This document shows positions 49,257-63,174 of a stretch of 64,000 nucleotides of DNA, piece after piece. The position numbers and the translations under genes were made by a program. The notes beneath the pieces are model-generated. The model was not told where the DNA came from. It did not search any database and saw nothing but the letters and a program-made list of their open reading frames with translations. This DNA is from Woeseiaceae bacterium (lineage in GTDB: Bacteria > Pseudomonadota > Gammaproteobacteria > Steroidobacterales > Woeseiaceae). How positions within the stretch are numbered: the stretch's first letter is position 1; every line of letters begins with the position of its first letter. Where the stretch lies: NCBI GenBank assembly GCA_030065915.1, contig JASJCQ010000018.1, positions 4,419 to 68,418 of the forward strand, given 5' to 3'.

Positions 49257-50549
49257 TTAGGCGTAGACCGGGAACCGGGCGCACAATTCGAGCACCTGCC
49301 CTTTGACCCGCTCAATGGTCTCTTCGCTCTCGATATCGTCAAGGACATCGGCGATCCAGCCGGTCATCTCGCGAACCTCGTTTTCGCCGAAGCCGCGCGT
49401 CGTGATCGCCGGTGTGCCGAGTCGCAGCCCGCTGGTCACGAAGGGTGATTGTGGGTCGTTCGGCACGGCATTCTTATTGACGGTGATGTTCGCACGACCC
49501 AACGCCGCATCGGCGTCCTTGCCGGTGATGCCCTTCTCGATGAGGCTGACCAGCATCAGGTGATTGTCGGTGCCGCCGGAGATGATCGGATAGCCACGCT
49601 CCATCAGCGTGGCAGCCATGACTCTCGCATTGTCGATGACGCGCTGCTGGTAGTCCTTGAACGAAGGCTCCAGCGCCTCCTTGAATGCGACCGCCTTGGC
49701 TGCGATCACATGCATCAACGGGCCGCCCTGCGTTCCGGGGAACACCAGCGAATTGAATTTCTTCGTGATTTCGTCGTTCTTCTTCGCGACGATCAGCCCG
49801 CCACGCGGGCCTCGAAGGGTCTTGTGGGTCGTCGTCGTAACGACGTCTGCAAACGGAACCGGGTTCGGATAATGCCCGGTCGCGACCAGGCCGGCGATAT
49901 GCGCCATGTCGACGTGCAGCCACGCGCCGACGCTGTCGGCAATTTCACGGAACCGCGCCCAGTCGACAACTCTTGAATACGCCGAAAAACCTGCGATGAT
50001 CAGCTTGGGCTTGTGCTCCTTTGCCAGCGCCTCGACCTGGTCGTAGTCGATCAGTGCAGTCTCGGGATCGATTCCGTACTGGTGCGCGTTGTAGAGCTTA
50101 CCGGAGAAATTGACCTTGACGCCGTGCGTCAGGTGACCGCCTTCGGCGAGGCTCATGCCGAGCAGTCCGTCACCGGGATTCATCAGCGCCATGCAGACAG
50201 CGGCGTTTGCCTGCGAGCCGGAATGCGGCTGGACGTTGGCATAGTCGGCCCCAAACAGCTGCTTGGCGCGCTCGATGGCGAGTTCCTCGGCGACGTCGAC
50301 GTACTCACAGCCGCCGTAGTAACGCTTGTGCGGATACCCTTCCGCGTATTTGTTCGTCATTACACCGCCCTGCGCCTCCATGACGCGCGGGCTGGCATAG
50401 TTCTCTGACGCAATCAGCTCGATGTGTTCCTCCTGGCGACGTTCCTCGTGCGCAATCGCGTCCGCGAGTTCAGGGTCGAAGGACTCAATCGTCAGCTTAC
50501 TGGCGCGTTCTGTGTCCGAGGATTCGATGGGATTGTTACTGGCGAGCAT
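49257..50549 (-). CDS. glyA: serine hydroxymethyltransferase
   Basis: Start taken at MLASNNP (ATG 50549), preceded by GGAGA. This avoids overlap with the upstream deacetylase gene. The PLP-Lys motif reads [14 protein letters not shown]. Confidence 0.93.
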   Translation of the reverse strand: MLASNNPIESSDTERASKLTIESFDPELADAIAHEERRQEEHIELIASENYASPRVMEAQGGVMTNKYAEGYPHKRYYGGCEYVDVAEELAIERAKQLFGADYANVQPHSGSQANAAVCMALMNPGDGLLGMSLAEGGHLTHGVKVNFSGKLYNAHQYGIDPETALIDYDQVEALAKEHKPKLIIAGFSAYSRVVDWARFREIADSVGAWLHVDMAHIAGLVATGHYPNPVPFADVVTTTTHKTLRGPRGGLIVAKKNDEITKKFNSLVFPGTQGGPLMHVIAAKAVAFKEALEPSFKDYQQRVIDNARVMAATLMERGYPIISGGTDNHLMLVSLIEKGITGKDADAALGRANITVNKNAVPNDPQSPFVTSGLRLGTPAITTRGFGENEVREMTGWIADVLDDIESEETIERVKGQVLELCARFPVYA

Positions 50550-50598
50550 GGGGTCTCCGGGATTCGGGTCTGAGGTAGTGTGGGGCGTGAGCATGGCA

Positions 50599-51573
50599 TT
50601 ACGGTGTGTCGGCCTCAACAAAGGACCGGACGACACGCGTCCAGGCACGAGCGAGGTTGTGGCGATTATACCCGCCTCCGCCGGTTCCTACGATCTTGCC
50701 GTCGCAATATCTGTCGGCAATTTTACAAAGCGCGGCAGCGGCGTCGGCGTGCGCCTGCTCGGTGAAGGCGAGATGCGTAATCGGATCCCCCTCCAGGCTG
50801 TCGGCACCGCATTGGAACAGGATGAACTCAGGCTTCGCCGCATCCAGATAGGCCTCGATGCGGGTCCAGGCACGGCTGAACTCAACGTCATCCGCCCGCG
50901 GTGGTAACGGGATGTTGAGCTTGGTGCCGCGTGCCCGGCCGGTACCGGTCTCGGTGGCGGCACCGGTCCCCGGGTACAGGTAGCGGCCGTCCTCATGCAT
51001 ATCCGCGAAGAAGATGTCGGGGTCGTCCTCGAAACCGTAGAACACGCCGTCGCCGTGATGCGCGTCGATGTCGACGTAAGCAATTCTCGTGAGCCCGTAG
51101 TACTGGCGCAGATATTCCGCCGCCACGCCACAGTCGTTGAACACGCAGAAGCCGGCCGCGCCGTCCCGCGCCGCGTGATGCAAGCCGGCGATAGGTACGA
51201 ACGCCCGCCGCGCCTGTCCGTGCATGATCGCATCCACGGCGGCCAGCGTCGTGCCGACCACGGACGATGCGGCATCGAAAATGCCGGGCACGGCCGGCGT
51301 ATCGCCACCGTCGAGAGCCCCCCTGCCTTCGCGGGATTTTTGCGACACCAGATCGATGTAATCCGCCGTATGGAACAGCAGCAGCTGGTCGACGGTCGCC
51401 GTATGGGGGTGTTCGTAGCGTATCGCGTCGCCGAGACCTTCACGGGCAAGCTCGGCATGGAAAACGTCGTGCCGATCCGTACCGAATGGATGCGGGTCGC
51501 CAAAACCGTAGCGTGCAATCTCTTCGCCACGGTAGACGAGCACTGGTAGGGGCTGCTTAGGATTTACGCCCAT
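50599..51573 (-). CDS. histone deacetylase-family (AcuC/acetylpolyamine amidohydrolase-like) protein
   Basis: 324 aa. Has [18 protein letters not shown] and [10 protein letters not shown]. Confidence 0.85.
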   Translation of the reverse strand: MGVNPKQPLPVLVYRGEEIARYGFGDPHPFGTDRHDVFHAELAREGLGDAIRYEHPHTATVDQLLLFHTADYIDLVSQKSREGRGALDGGDTPAVPGIFDAASSVVGTTLAAVDAIMHGQARRAFVPIAGLHHAARDGAAGFCVFNDCGVAAEYLRQYYGLTRIAYVDIDAHHGDGVFYGFEDDPDIFFADMHEDGRYLYPGTGAATETGTGRARGTKLNIPLPPRADDVEFSRAWTRIEAYLDAAKPEFILFQCGADSLEGDPITHLAFTEQAHADAAAALCKIADRYCDGKIVGTGGGGYNRHNLARAWTRVVRSFVEADTP

Positions 51574-51652
51574 GCGGATAAGCCTTAAGCCAGTTTGCTA
51601 TCGGGGCAGCATACCGGATAATGCGCGCTCACGAACAAGCTGCAGTTGTTTT

Positions 51653-53318
<1,666 letters not shown>

Positions 53319-53326
<8 letters not shown>

Positions 53327-53987
53327 CATGAATGCGCTGCTCGTTGTCAGCGCATTGCTGTCCCTGCTGGCGGCGGGAATGCTCATCGGCTGCGTTCGGC
53401 AGACGCGTCGCGGCCGATTGCTGAAAGCCAGCGGCCGGTTTGCTGGCGGCATCTCCTTTGCTGCGCTCGGCGGCTTCGGGCTGCTGCTCGGCGTCAGTTA
53501 CCTTGGCTATGAACGACTGACGAACGAGACCGTGATCGGGCAGGTCGAATTTGTCGCAACCGGGTCAGGTCGCTACTCGGCTCGTCTGATGCGTACCGAG
53601 CAGACCGACCGTCTGTTCGAGCTCGACGGCGATGAGTGGCAGATCGACGCTCGTGTCATTAGCTGGTCGGCGCCGGCAACGATTCTCGGGCTCGAGCCGG
53701 TCTATGAGCTCGAGCGCATCAGCGGCCGTTATTCCGACATCGATCGCGAACGAAACGAGAAACGCACCGTGTATTCCCTCGTTGACAAAGGCGTCGTCGA
53801 CCTGTGGGCTCTCGCGCGCGAGTATCCTGCGCTGATGCCGGGCGTCGATGCCTACTATGGCACGGCCACCTACGTGCCGATGGCAGACGGTGCGAGGTAC
53901 GAGGTTTCACTGAGCCGCGACGCTCTGATTGCCCGGCCGGTCAACGAACAGGCGGAACGCGCCGTCGGCGCCTGGCGAGCAGACTAG
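53319..53987 (+). CDS. hypothetical membrane-anchored protein
   Basis: 222 aa from [24 protein letters not shown], with two N-terminal TM segments. The start overlaps the ettA stop by 8 nt. I recognise no family. Confidence 0.55.
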
Positions 53988-54255
53988 CGACTGCACATGG
54001 CAAGCTACGCAACCCGTCGATGAAGGTCGCGAAAATGCGAGTCCGTGCGACGGCCGATGCGTTCCGACAATCAGACGATTTTACAGTTGCGTTATCGAAG
54101 AGCTGTCGCGGTCTGCGTCTCTAAGGCCGTGATTTGAAGGCAGATTTTTCATGCGTTCCGACTGATTCCGGAGACGGTTGCAAGTGGCGTCAGTCGGCAA
54201 TTTTGGGGCATACTGTCGATCAATAAGAAACGCTTGAGCGGGGAAGATCGCGACC

Positions 54256-54945
54256 ATGTCGATCACTTTGAATAAAGACGAATCCAACCGACGTGAATTA
54301 CAGATCGGCCTGGAATGTCCTTACTGCAATGTCTATTCGCGCATGGCCGCAACGTCGGTGCCCGACGTTTCGATGGTGATCGCCACACGACCGAAACACG
54401 TCGGTCTGGTTCATCAATGCGATGCGTGTAGCGCACCGGTTTTCCTTCGCTACGCGGTCAAGGAAATTCGTGAAGACGAAGTCATCCTGAACCAGAACTT
54501 TGTCGAACTCGAGCGGCCCAAGGAGCGCTTTGCGTTTTCCTACCTGCCCAAGCAGACCGAGGTTTTGTTCCGCGAAGCGCTGTCGTGTTACTCGGCCAAT
54601 AGCTACAACGCTTTCGCCTCCATGTGCCGGCGATCCGCGCACAGCGCATTCGAAGCGCTGGGCGAAGGCGGAAAGATGCAGGCCTTCGAGGAACTGATGG
54701 TCGCGCAGGAGATCGCAGAGATCGACGATGCAACGCTAGATCCGATCAAAGCGATCCTGTTCGAAGTCAACGACGACAGTGAAATGCCGATCCTGAATCG
54801 AGCGCAGGCCGGTGTGCTGCTGGAGATACTGAAGGATATCTTCTACCAGTGCTTCGTCCGTCGAGGAAAGCTGACACGGGCTATCCGGGTTCGGAACCTG
54901 TTCGGCCAGGAACCCGGCACACCGACGGCGGCCAACTCGGCCTGA
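54256..54945 (+). CDS. zinc-ribbon + DUF4145-like protein
   Basis: 229 aa. The N-terminus has CPYC...(x39)...CDAC. The segment FREALSCYSANSYNAFASMCRRSAHSAFEAL resembles the start of DUF4145. The gene and its upstream spacer look AT-richer than the neighbours (by eye). Confidence 0.5.
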   Translation: MSITLNKDESNRRELQIGLECPYCNVYSRMAATSVPDVSMVIATRPKHVGLVHQCDACSAPVFLRYAVKEIREDEVILNQNFVELERPKERFAFSYLPKQTEVLFREALSCYSANSYNAFASMCRRSAHSAFEALGEGGKMQAFEELMVAQEIAEIDDATLDPIKAILFEVNDDSEMPILNRAQAGVLLEILKDIFYQCFVRRGKLTRAIRVRNLFGQEPGTPTAANSA

Positions 54946-55005
54946 AAACCGCGCCGATTGCCGGCGAACCGGCAATCAAGCGCGGTCCATCCTTGCTGGC
55001 GAAGA

Positions 55006-58000
55006 TTAGCCGACCGCAACCCTCGCGTTTCTGAACATCCGCATCCAGGGACCCGCGTCATGCCAGTCGTCGGGACACCAGGAGTGTTGGCGCGCCATCG
55101 CGACTCGCTCCGGATGCGGCATCATGATAGTGACCCGGCCGTCTTCGCTGGAAAGGCCGCAGATTCCGTCGATGGATCCATTCGGATTGGCGGGGTATCT
55201 GTCGGCGACTTCCCCATAGTTGTCTACGTACCGTAGCGCGACCGTGTAGGACGCCGTGAAGCGCGACGTGTCGTCGCGGAAAACGACCTGGCCCTCGCCA
55301 TGTGAGGTCGCGATCGGCATACGGGATCCGGCCATGCCTCCCAGGAACAACGACGGACTCTCGACGACCTCGACCAGGTTCAGCCGTGCCTCGAACTGCT
55401 CGGACTTGTTCTTGACGAATCTGGGCCAGTTGTCGGCGCCCGGAATCAGGTCTTTGAGTTGAGACAGCATCTGGCAGCCGTTGCACACGCCCAGCGCAAA
55501 GGTATCGCCGCGCACGAAAAACTCGGCGAATTCATCACGCGTGCGTCCGTGGTAGAGGATGGACTTGGCCCACCCGCCCCCGGCGCCCAGGACATCGCCA
55601 AAGGAGAAGCCGCCGCAGGCGACGATGCCCTGGTAGTGGGCAAGGCTGTCCCGTCCTTCGAGCAGGTCGCTCATGTGGACGTCGACGGCCTCGAATCCGG
55701 CGCGCATAAAGGCAGCAGCCATTTCATACTGGCTGTTGACACCCTGCTCGCGCAGTACCGCGACTTTCGGCCTGGTTCCACGGAACGGTCTCGCGATATC
55801 GTCATTGAGGTCGAAACTCAGCGTGGCATGCAGTCCCGGATCGTCGTCATCGAGAATCGCGTCAAACTCCTCGCGAGCCGTCGTCGGATTATCGCGGAGC
55901 GACTGAATTCTGTAACTGGTCTGGGACCATTCCCGTTGCAGCGCTGCCCTGCCGAATTCGCCGAGGACTTCGTCACCGCGCCGAATCGTCAGCGTTTGTC
56001 CCTGCTCGACTCGACCGATCGCTTCCGCCTCGATGTTGTGCCGATCCAGGATCATCTGGATCTGCGTCAGTTTGCTCTTCGCGACCTGGACCACCGCGCC
56101 GGGCTCCTCTGCAAACAGCTGGTGCAGGATCGATCGCTGGTGCCCGCTCAGCGTCAGCGAAACACCTTGCCTGCCGGCGAACATCATCTCGGCCACGGTG
56201 GCCAACAGGCCGCCGTCGCTGCGGTCGTGGTAGGCGAGCAGCATGTCGCGCTCGTTCAGTTCCTGGATTGCCGCGAAGAAGCTCTTCAGCACCGCCGGAT
56301 CATCCAGGTCCGGAGTCTCGCCTCCGGCACGGTCGTAGACCTGCGCCAGGCATGAGCCACCAAGGCGGTTGCGGCCGGCACTGAGATCGAACAGCAACAG
56401 GTAGCTGAACTCATCGAGTTCTTTGAGTTGCGGCGTCAACTGCCTCGTAATGTCCTTGACCGGCGCAAAGGCCGACACGATCAGCGACACCGGCGCGACA
56501 ACCTTGTACTCGTCATTGCCTTCGTTCCATCGTGCTCGCATCGACAGCGAGTCCTTGCCCACCGGGATCGCAATACCGAGGTCCCGGCACAGCGAAGACA
56601 CCGACTTGACCGTATCGAACAGCCGCGCGTCCTCGCCCGGCTGACCGGCAGCGGCCATCCAGTTCGCAGACAGGCGGATTTTGTCGATGCTGTCGATATT
56701 CGCCGCCGCTATGTTCGTTATCGCTTCAGCAACCGCCATGCGACCGGACGCGGGTGCGTTGTAACTGGCCAGCGGCGTCCGCTCACCCATCGCCATCGCC
56801 TCGCCGGTCGTATCCTGGTAGCCCGTCGCCGTGATCGCCACGTCGCTGACGGGGACCTGCCAGGGCCCTATCAGCTGGTCCCTGGCGCTGAGCCCACCAA
56901 CGGTGCGGTCGCCGATGTGAATCAGGAAGCCTTTGCTCGCGACGGCAGGGAACCGGAGAACACGTCGAATCGCCTCGTCGAGTTCAACGCCGTCGAGGTC
57001 CAGTGAGTTATGCGGCTCTGCGATACGTTGAACGTCGCGCGTCATCTTCGGCGGATTGCCCAGCAACATCTGCATGGGCATGTCGACCGGATGGTTGTCG
57101 AACTCGAAGTCGTTTACCGAAAGCTGGCCGTTGTCGGTCAGAGTGCCTATGACCGATACCGGGCAACGCTCGCGGTCACACAGCGCCTCGAATTCCTCGA
57201 TGCGATCCGAACTGACAATCAGGACGTAGCGTTCCTGTGCCTCGTTGCACCAGATGCCCATCGGCGACATGCCCGGCTCCGCATTCGCCACGTTGCGCAA
57301 CTCGATGTCCGCGCCGTGCTGGCTATGATCCACGGCCTCCGGCACCGCGTTCGACAGGCCACCCGCGCCGACATCGTGAATCAGTATGATCGGATTCGAC
57401 TCGCCCATCGCCCAGCAGCGGTCGATGACTTCCTGGGCGCGGCGCTGCATTTCCGGGTTGCCTCGCTGAACCGATGCGAAATCCAGATCTTCGCTGGACG
57501 TGCCGCTGGCGACGCTCGATGCCGCTCCGCCGCCGAGACCGATCAGCATCGCGGGTCCACCGATAACGACGACCCTGGCTCCCACCGGAACATCGATCTT
57601 CGTCGCGTGCTCGGCGCGGACGTTGCCGACACCGCCGGCGATCATGATTGGCTTGTGGTATCCGCGAATCTCGGTCGGCGCCGACTCGGGCAATGCGTGC
57701 TCGTACGTCCGAAAATAGCCGGCCAGGTTCGGCCGCCCGAACTCATTGTTGAACGCGGCGGCACCTATTGGTCCCTCGATCATAATGTCGAGCGGCGTCG
57801 CCATCCTGTCCGGGTGCGGAAATTCGGACTCCCAGGGCTCGGCGCCGTCCGGAATCCTGAGGTGGGACACGGAAAAGCCGGCCAGTCCCGCTTTGGGTTT
57901 TGCACCGAGGCCGGTCGCACCCTCGTCGCGTATCTCGCCGCCGGCACCGGTCGCGGCGCCCGGGAACGGTGAAATCGCGGTCGGGTGATTGTGCGTCTCG

Positions 58001-58878
58001 ACCTTCATCAGGATGTGTACGGGCTCATTGAGAAACTCGAAACGCCGCTCGCCCGGTAATGGCATCAGCCGATCGCCGTCGAATCCCTCAATGACCGCCG
58101 CATTGTCGGAGTAAGCGGACAGTACGCCATCGGGGCTCGCCTCGGTCGTCGTCCGAATCATTCCGAACAGGCGCTCCGGCTGCGGCTGGCCGTCAATGAC
58201 CCAGTCGGCGTTGAAGATCTTGTGTCGGCAGTGCTCCGAGTTTGCCTGCGCGAACATCATCAGCTCGGCATCCGTTGGATCTCGGCCGAGCTCTGTATAT
58301 GCACGAACCAGGTACTCGACTTCGTCATCGGACAATGCGAGACCGAGCTCGATGTTGGCGCGCGCCAGGGCGCCATGGCCGTCGTCACCCAGCTCCACGG
58401 TCACGACTGGCGCAGGTGCGTGTGTGCTGAACAAGGCTACGGCGTCGCTGCCCGAGTCGACGACGATCTCCGTCATGCGATCGCAGATTGCCTTGTCGAC
58501 GGCGGCGATCTCCCCGGCAGTCGGCGCGGTCTTGGAAGCAACCGCAAAGACGATTCCGCGCTCTACCCGGCGAATCGCCTCTATGCCGCAGGCGTGAGTG
58601 ATGTCGGTGGCCTTGCTGGACCAGGGCGAGATCGTGCCGGGCCGGGGGATAACGATTCGCTGCAATGCGTTTGACGGCAATGTCTCTGCTGCGTCGCCCG
58701 ACAACAGCAGAGCCTCCAGTCGATCGCGGTCGCCCTCCTTCAGCGGCGCCTCAAGCTCGGCGAAATAGACGAACCGGGCGCTCAGCGAACGCAGACCGGC
58801 AAAAGCAGGTTTGATCGAGAGTTCGAGTTTGGACAGGCGAAAGACGGATAGCGCAGCCTGCCCCTGTAGCTCCAGCAT
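55006..58878 (-). CDS. purL: phosphoribosylformylglycinamidine synthase (large, single-chain)
   Basis: About 1290 aa. Start preferred at [18 protein letters not shown] (ATG 58878), which matches the usual PurL N-terminus; the TTG at 58917 is the longest option. The C-terminal glutaminase motif reads GVCNGCQ. Confidence 0.93.
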   Translation of the reverse strand: MLELQGQAALSVFRLSKLELSIKPAFAGLRSLSARFVYFAELEAPLKEGDRDRLEALLLSGDAAETLPSNALQRIVIPRPGTISPWSSKATDITHACGIEAIRRVERGIVFAVASKTAPTAGEIAAVDKAICDRMTEIVVDSGSDAVALFSTHAPAPVVTVELGDDGHGALARANIELGLALSDDEVEYLVRAYTELGRDPTDAELMMFAQANSEHCRHKIFNADWVIDGQPQPERLFGMIRTTTEASPDGVLSAYSDNAAVIEGFDGDRLMPLPGERRFEFLNEPVHILMKVETHNHPTAISPFPGAATGAGGEIRDEGATGLGAKPKAGLAGFSVSHLRIPDGAEPWESEFPHPDRMATPLDIMIEGPIGAAAFNNEFGRPNLAGYFRTYEHALPESAPTEIRGYHKPIMIAGGVGNVRAEHATKIDVPVGARVVVIGGPAMLIGLGGGAASSVASGTSSEDLDFASVQRGNPEMQRRAQEVIDRCWAMGESNPIILIHDVGAGGLSNAVPEAVDHSQHGADIELRNVANAEPGMSPMGIWCNEAQERYVLIVSSDRIEEFEALCDRERCPVSVIGTLTDNGQLSVNDFEFDNHPVDMPMQMLLGNPPKMTRDVQRIAEPHNSLDLDGVELDEAIRRVLRFPAVASKGFLIHIGDRTVGGLSARDQLIGPWQVPVSDVAITATGYQDTTGEAMAMGERTPLASYNAPASGRMAVAEAITNIAAANIDSIDKIRLSANWMAAAGQPGEDARLFDTVKSVSSLCRDLGIAIPVGKDSLSMRARWNEGNDEYKVVAPVSLIVSAFAPVKDITRQLTPQLKELDEFSYLLLFDLSAGRNRLGGSCLAQVYDRAGGETPDLDDPAVLKSFFAAIQELNERDMLLAYHDRSDGGLLATVAEMMFAGRQGVSLTLSGHQRSILHQLFAEEPGAVVQVAKSKLTQIQMILDRHNIEAEAIGRVEQGQTLTIRRGDEVLGEFGRAALQREWSQTSYRIQSLRDNPTTAREEFDAILDDDDPGLHATLSFDLNDDIARPFRGTRPKVAVLREQGVNSQYEMAAAFMRAGFEAVDVHMSDLLEGRDSLAHYQGIVACGGFSFGDVLGAGGGWAKSILYHGRTRDEFAEFFVRGDTFALGVCNGCQMLSQLKDLIPGADNWPRFVKNKSEQFEARLNLVEVVESPSLFLGGMAGSRMPIATSHGEGQVVFRDDTSRFTASYTVALRYVDNYGEVADRYPANPNGSIDGICGLSSEDGRVTIMMPHPERVAMARQHSWCPDDWHDAGPWMRMFRNARVAVG

Positions 58879-58983
58879 GTCTACGGGCGGCGAGATGGGT
58901 AGTTCTTGGGAGGACAAACCGGCAGCCTTTTCGGAGAAAGCGCGATGATACCCATCGCCGGAAAAAAAGTCCTCAGTCAGTGA

Positions 58984-59316
58984 TCAGGTCTTGTTGTCGC
59001 CCGGTGTGTAGATTGGCATCGGGAACTGCGAGACGTTGCTGCCTTCCATCTTGCTGATCTTGCTCTTGCCCTGCTTGTCGACCTCGTCGATTCGGACGAT
59101 CGCGTGCATCGGCAGGTAGGTCCGGCGCACGTTGTCGAATTCCGACTTGATCTTCTCTTCTGACGGGTCGACGACAACCGTACTGCGTTCGCCGAAGACC
59201 AGCTCTTCAACCTCGACAAAGCCGAACATCGCGCCATGACCGACCTTGCGGGCGTAGATCTCGAAGACCTGCCCCTGGCTCATAAAGATGACCTTGAAGA
59301 GTGTCTGTTTGCTCAT
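58984..59316 (-). CDS. DUF1820 family protein
   Basis: 110 aa from MSKQTLFKVIFMSQGQVFEIYARKV. The pattern and length are as I recall for DUF1820. The longer track ORF has an implausible N-terminal extension. Confidence 0.6.
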   Translation of the reverse strand: MSKQTLFKVIFMSQGQVFEIYARKVGHGAMFGFVEVEELVFGERSTVVVDPSEEKIKSEFDNVRRTYLPMHAIVRIDEVDKQGKSKISKMEGSNVSQFPMPIYTPGDNKT

Positions 59317-59500
59317 TGCCGAATGCTGGCGCCAACTCAAGAAGCTGTAGTTTAACGAAAACAGGCATTTAGGGGATATTTCGCGAATGAATTCCCATGG
59401 CTTTTCCATAATGTGAACTGTTTGGCAGTCCAATGTGGTCAATAACCGCAGTATGTGCGGTGGACGGGAGTAACCGCGACAGGCGGAACGTGATACGCGT

Positions 59501-60796
59501 ATGTCTCTAGAACTCGAAATAGTCAGCGAACACCGTGATCTGGTCGGCGACGACGCGGTGCGTGTGTTCCAGGAAGCGGGCGGGACGATCGGCCGCTCGC
59601 TGCACAACGACTGGATTCTGCCGGACCCGGATCGGTATATCTCCGGCAAGCATGCAGCGGTGGACTGCAGGGGCGGAATCTACTACCTCACGGATCTGAG
59701 CTCGAACGGCGTCTACGTGAATCATGAGAATGCGCCGATCGGCAGAGGCAATACTCGGCGCCTGTTCAACGGCGATACGCTTCACCTCGGTGACTTCAAG
59801 ATTCAGGTCACGGTAGAAGGCGGCGAGAACTTCGATATCCCCGACGAGCCAAAACGTACGTTGCACCATGACAACATGGAGCGGCTGACGTCGATGATCT
59901 CACCGCTGACGGACGTCGAGATGCTGGACGAGGAAGAGATCACCGGCGACGAGGAATTCGAGGCTGCGCTTTTCGGCAAGCCGAAAAAGCCCGTAGCCGT
60001 ACCCGCCCGCGGGTCCAGTCAGCCGGATAAGCACCAGATTCTAGATGTGGGCGCCGACCAAGTGGGCGTCGACGACCTGCTTGATGCCTTCCTGGAAGGC
60101 CTGGGTGTCAAACGCGATGATCTGCATCCGTCGGTGGACGCGAGGCAGGTCATGAAGAACGCCGGCGAAGTCCTGAGCGAGTATGTGAAGGGCTCCGAGA
60201 AGCTGCTGATCAACCGTGCGAACCTCAAGGCGGCCTTCAAGCTGGACCAGACGATGGTCCTGCCCCGTCACAACAACCCGCTGAAGCTCTCTCAGAACAC
60301 CGAGGACTCCATCAAGCAGCTACTGGTCGGACAGGATGGGGGCGAATACCTGGGGCCCAAAGACGCGGTTCGTGAAATCAACAAGGACCTGTTGCTGCAC
60401 CAGGAGGCGTTTCTCGAGGCGATGACGGTGGCATTCGCGGACTTCGCGGATCGCTTCGACCCGGAAGAGCTGATCGAGAGCTTCGATCGCACGCTCAACC
60501 GGAAACCCCGCTTCAAGATGCTCAGCGAGCAGAAGTACTGGCAGCTCTACAAGGAGCTGTACCCGATCATGATAGAAACGGGTGGCGGTCGCTTCCCGCA
60601 GATGCTTGCCGAAGACTTCGTCCGGGCCTATGAGCGGCAGGTAGCCGATGCCAACCGTCCGGAATTCGACAAGACGGCGGACTATGGTCCCAAGAACGCT
60701 GAACAGGCCATTCAGCCCAGCAACGACGAGATCGACCCGGAGATCAGCGCCGAGCTCGAGTCACTCCCGGACCCGGAAGAGCAGCGCTCCGCCTAG
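59501..60796 (+). CDS. tagH: FHA domain protein of the T6SS-associated TagH type (orphan)
   Basis: 431 aa. The N-terminus MSLELEIVSEHRDLVGDDAVRVFQEAGGTIGRSLHNDWILPDPDRYISGKHAAV...YLTDLSSNGVYVN follows the TagH/VasC FHA pattern. The C-terminal region has the LLDAFLEGLGV-type segment. Confidence 0.6.
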   Translation: MSLELEIVSEHRDLVGDDAVRVFQEAGGTIGRSLHNDWILPDPDRYISGKHAAVDCRGGIYYLTDLSSNGVYVNHENAPIGRGNTRRLFNGDTLHLGDFKIQVTVEGGENFDIPDEPKRTLHHDNMERLTSMISPLTDVEMLDEEEITGDEEFEAALFGKPKKPVAVPARGSSQPDKHQILDVGADQVGVDDLLDAFLEGLGVKRDDLHPSVDARQVMKNAGEVLSEYVKGSEKLLINRANLKAAFKLDQTMVLPRHNNPLKLSQNTEDSIKQLLVGQDGGEYLGPKDAVREINKDLLLHQEAFLEAMTVAFADFADRFDPEELIESFDRTLNRKPRFKMLSEQKYWQLYKELYPIMIETGGGRFPQMLAEDFVRAYERQVADANRPEFDKTADYGPKNAEQAIQPSNDEIDPEISAELESLPDPEEQRSA

Positions 60797-60918
60797 CCTC
60801 GCTCCGGCCGATTCGGCCGCTCCCCAGTGCTAGATCCGCTGACTGCTATGATCAGGACCGTGGCCGGCTGATCCTGTCTTGCAGGTCCGGCACGGCGTCA
60901 ACCCCGGAGAAGCGAGAT

Positions 60919-61068
60919 ATGAAAACGGTCAAATGCGACCTGTGCGACGCCACGGCGGATGGCGACACCTTCGAAGAGTGGATGACGGCGCTGCGGCCCC
61001 ACTACATGCAAGCGCATGCCGGTGTCATGCAGAGCGCCAACCACACCGAGGCAGACCGGGAACAGTGA
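60919..61068 (+). CDS. small DUF1059-like protein (below ORF-track cutoff)
   Basis: 49 aa: MKTVKCDLCDATADGDTFEEWMTALRPHYMQAHAGVMQSANHTEADREQ. GGAGA lies 9 nt upstream of the ATG. The pattern MK..C..C....G.T.EE....H...H resembles DUF1059. Confidence 0.4.
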   Translation: MKTVKCDLCDATADGDTFEEWMTALRPHYMQAHAGVMQSANHTEADREQ

Positions 61069-61233
61069 CTGGCGGAGAACCGGGCGCGATCCGACGCCGC
61101 CCGATCCCGGCGGCTAGAACCGAATCGAGCCGGCCCGCCTGGGACGGCGGACCGGCCCTGCCCCCGGATAGAAGCGTTCGCCAATCAGCGTCGTTTCCGG
61201 CGATACACGAGCCCGGACAGACGCCCCGGCTGA

Positions 61234-63171
<1,938 letters not shown>

Positions 63172-63174
63172 CGC

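Noticed and set aside
59423-59438. Sigma54-like TGGCAG-N5-TGTGG upstream of the TagH-like gene
   Set aside because: Three of the four -12 element bases mismatch TTGC, so the support is insufficient.
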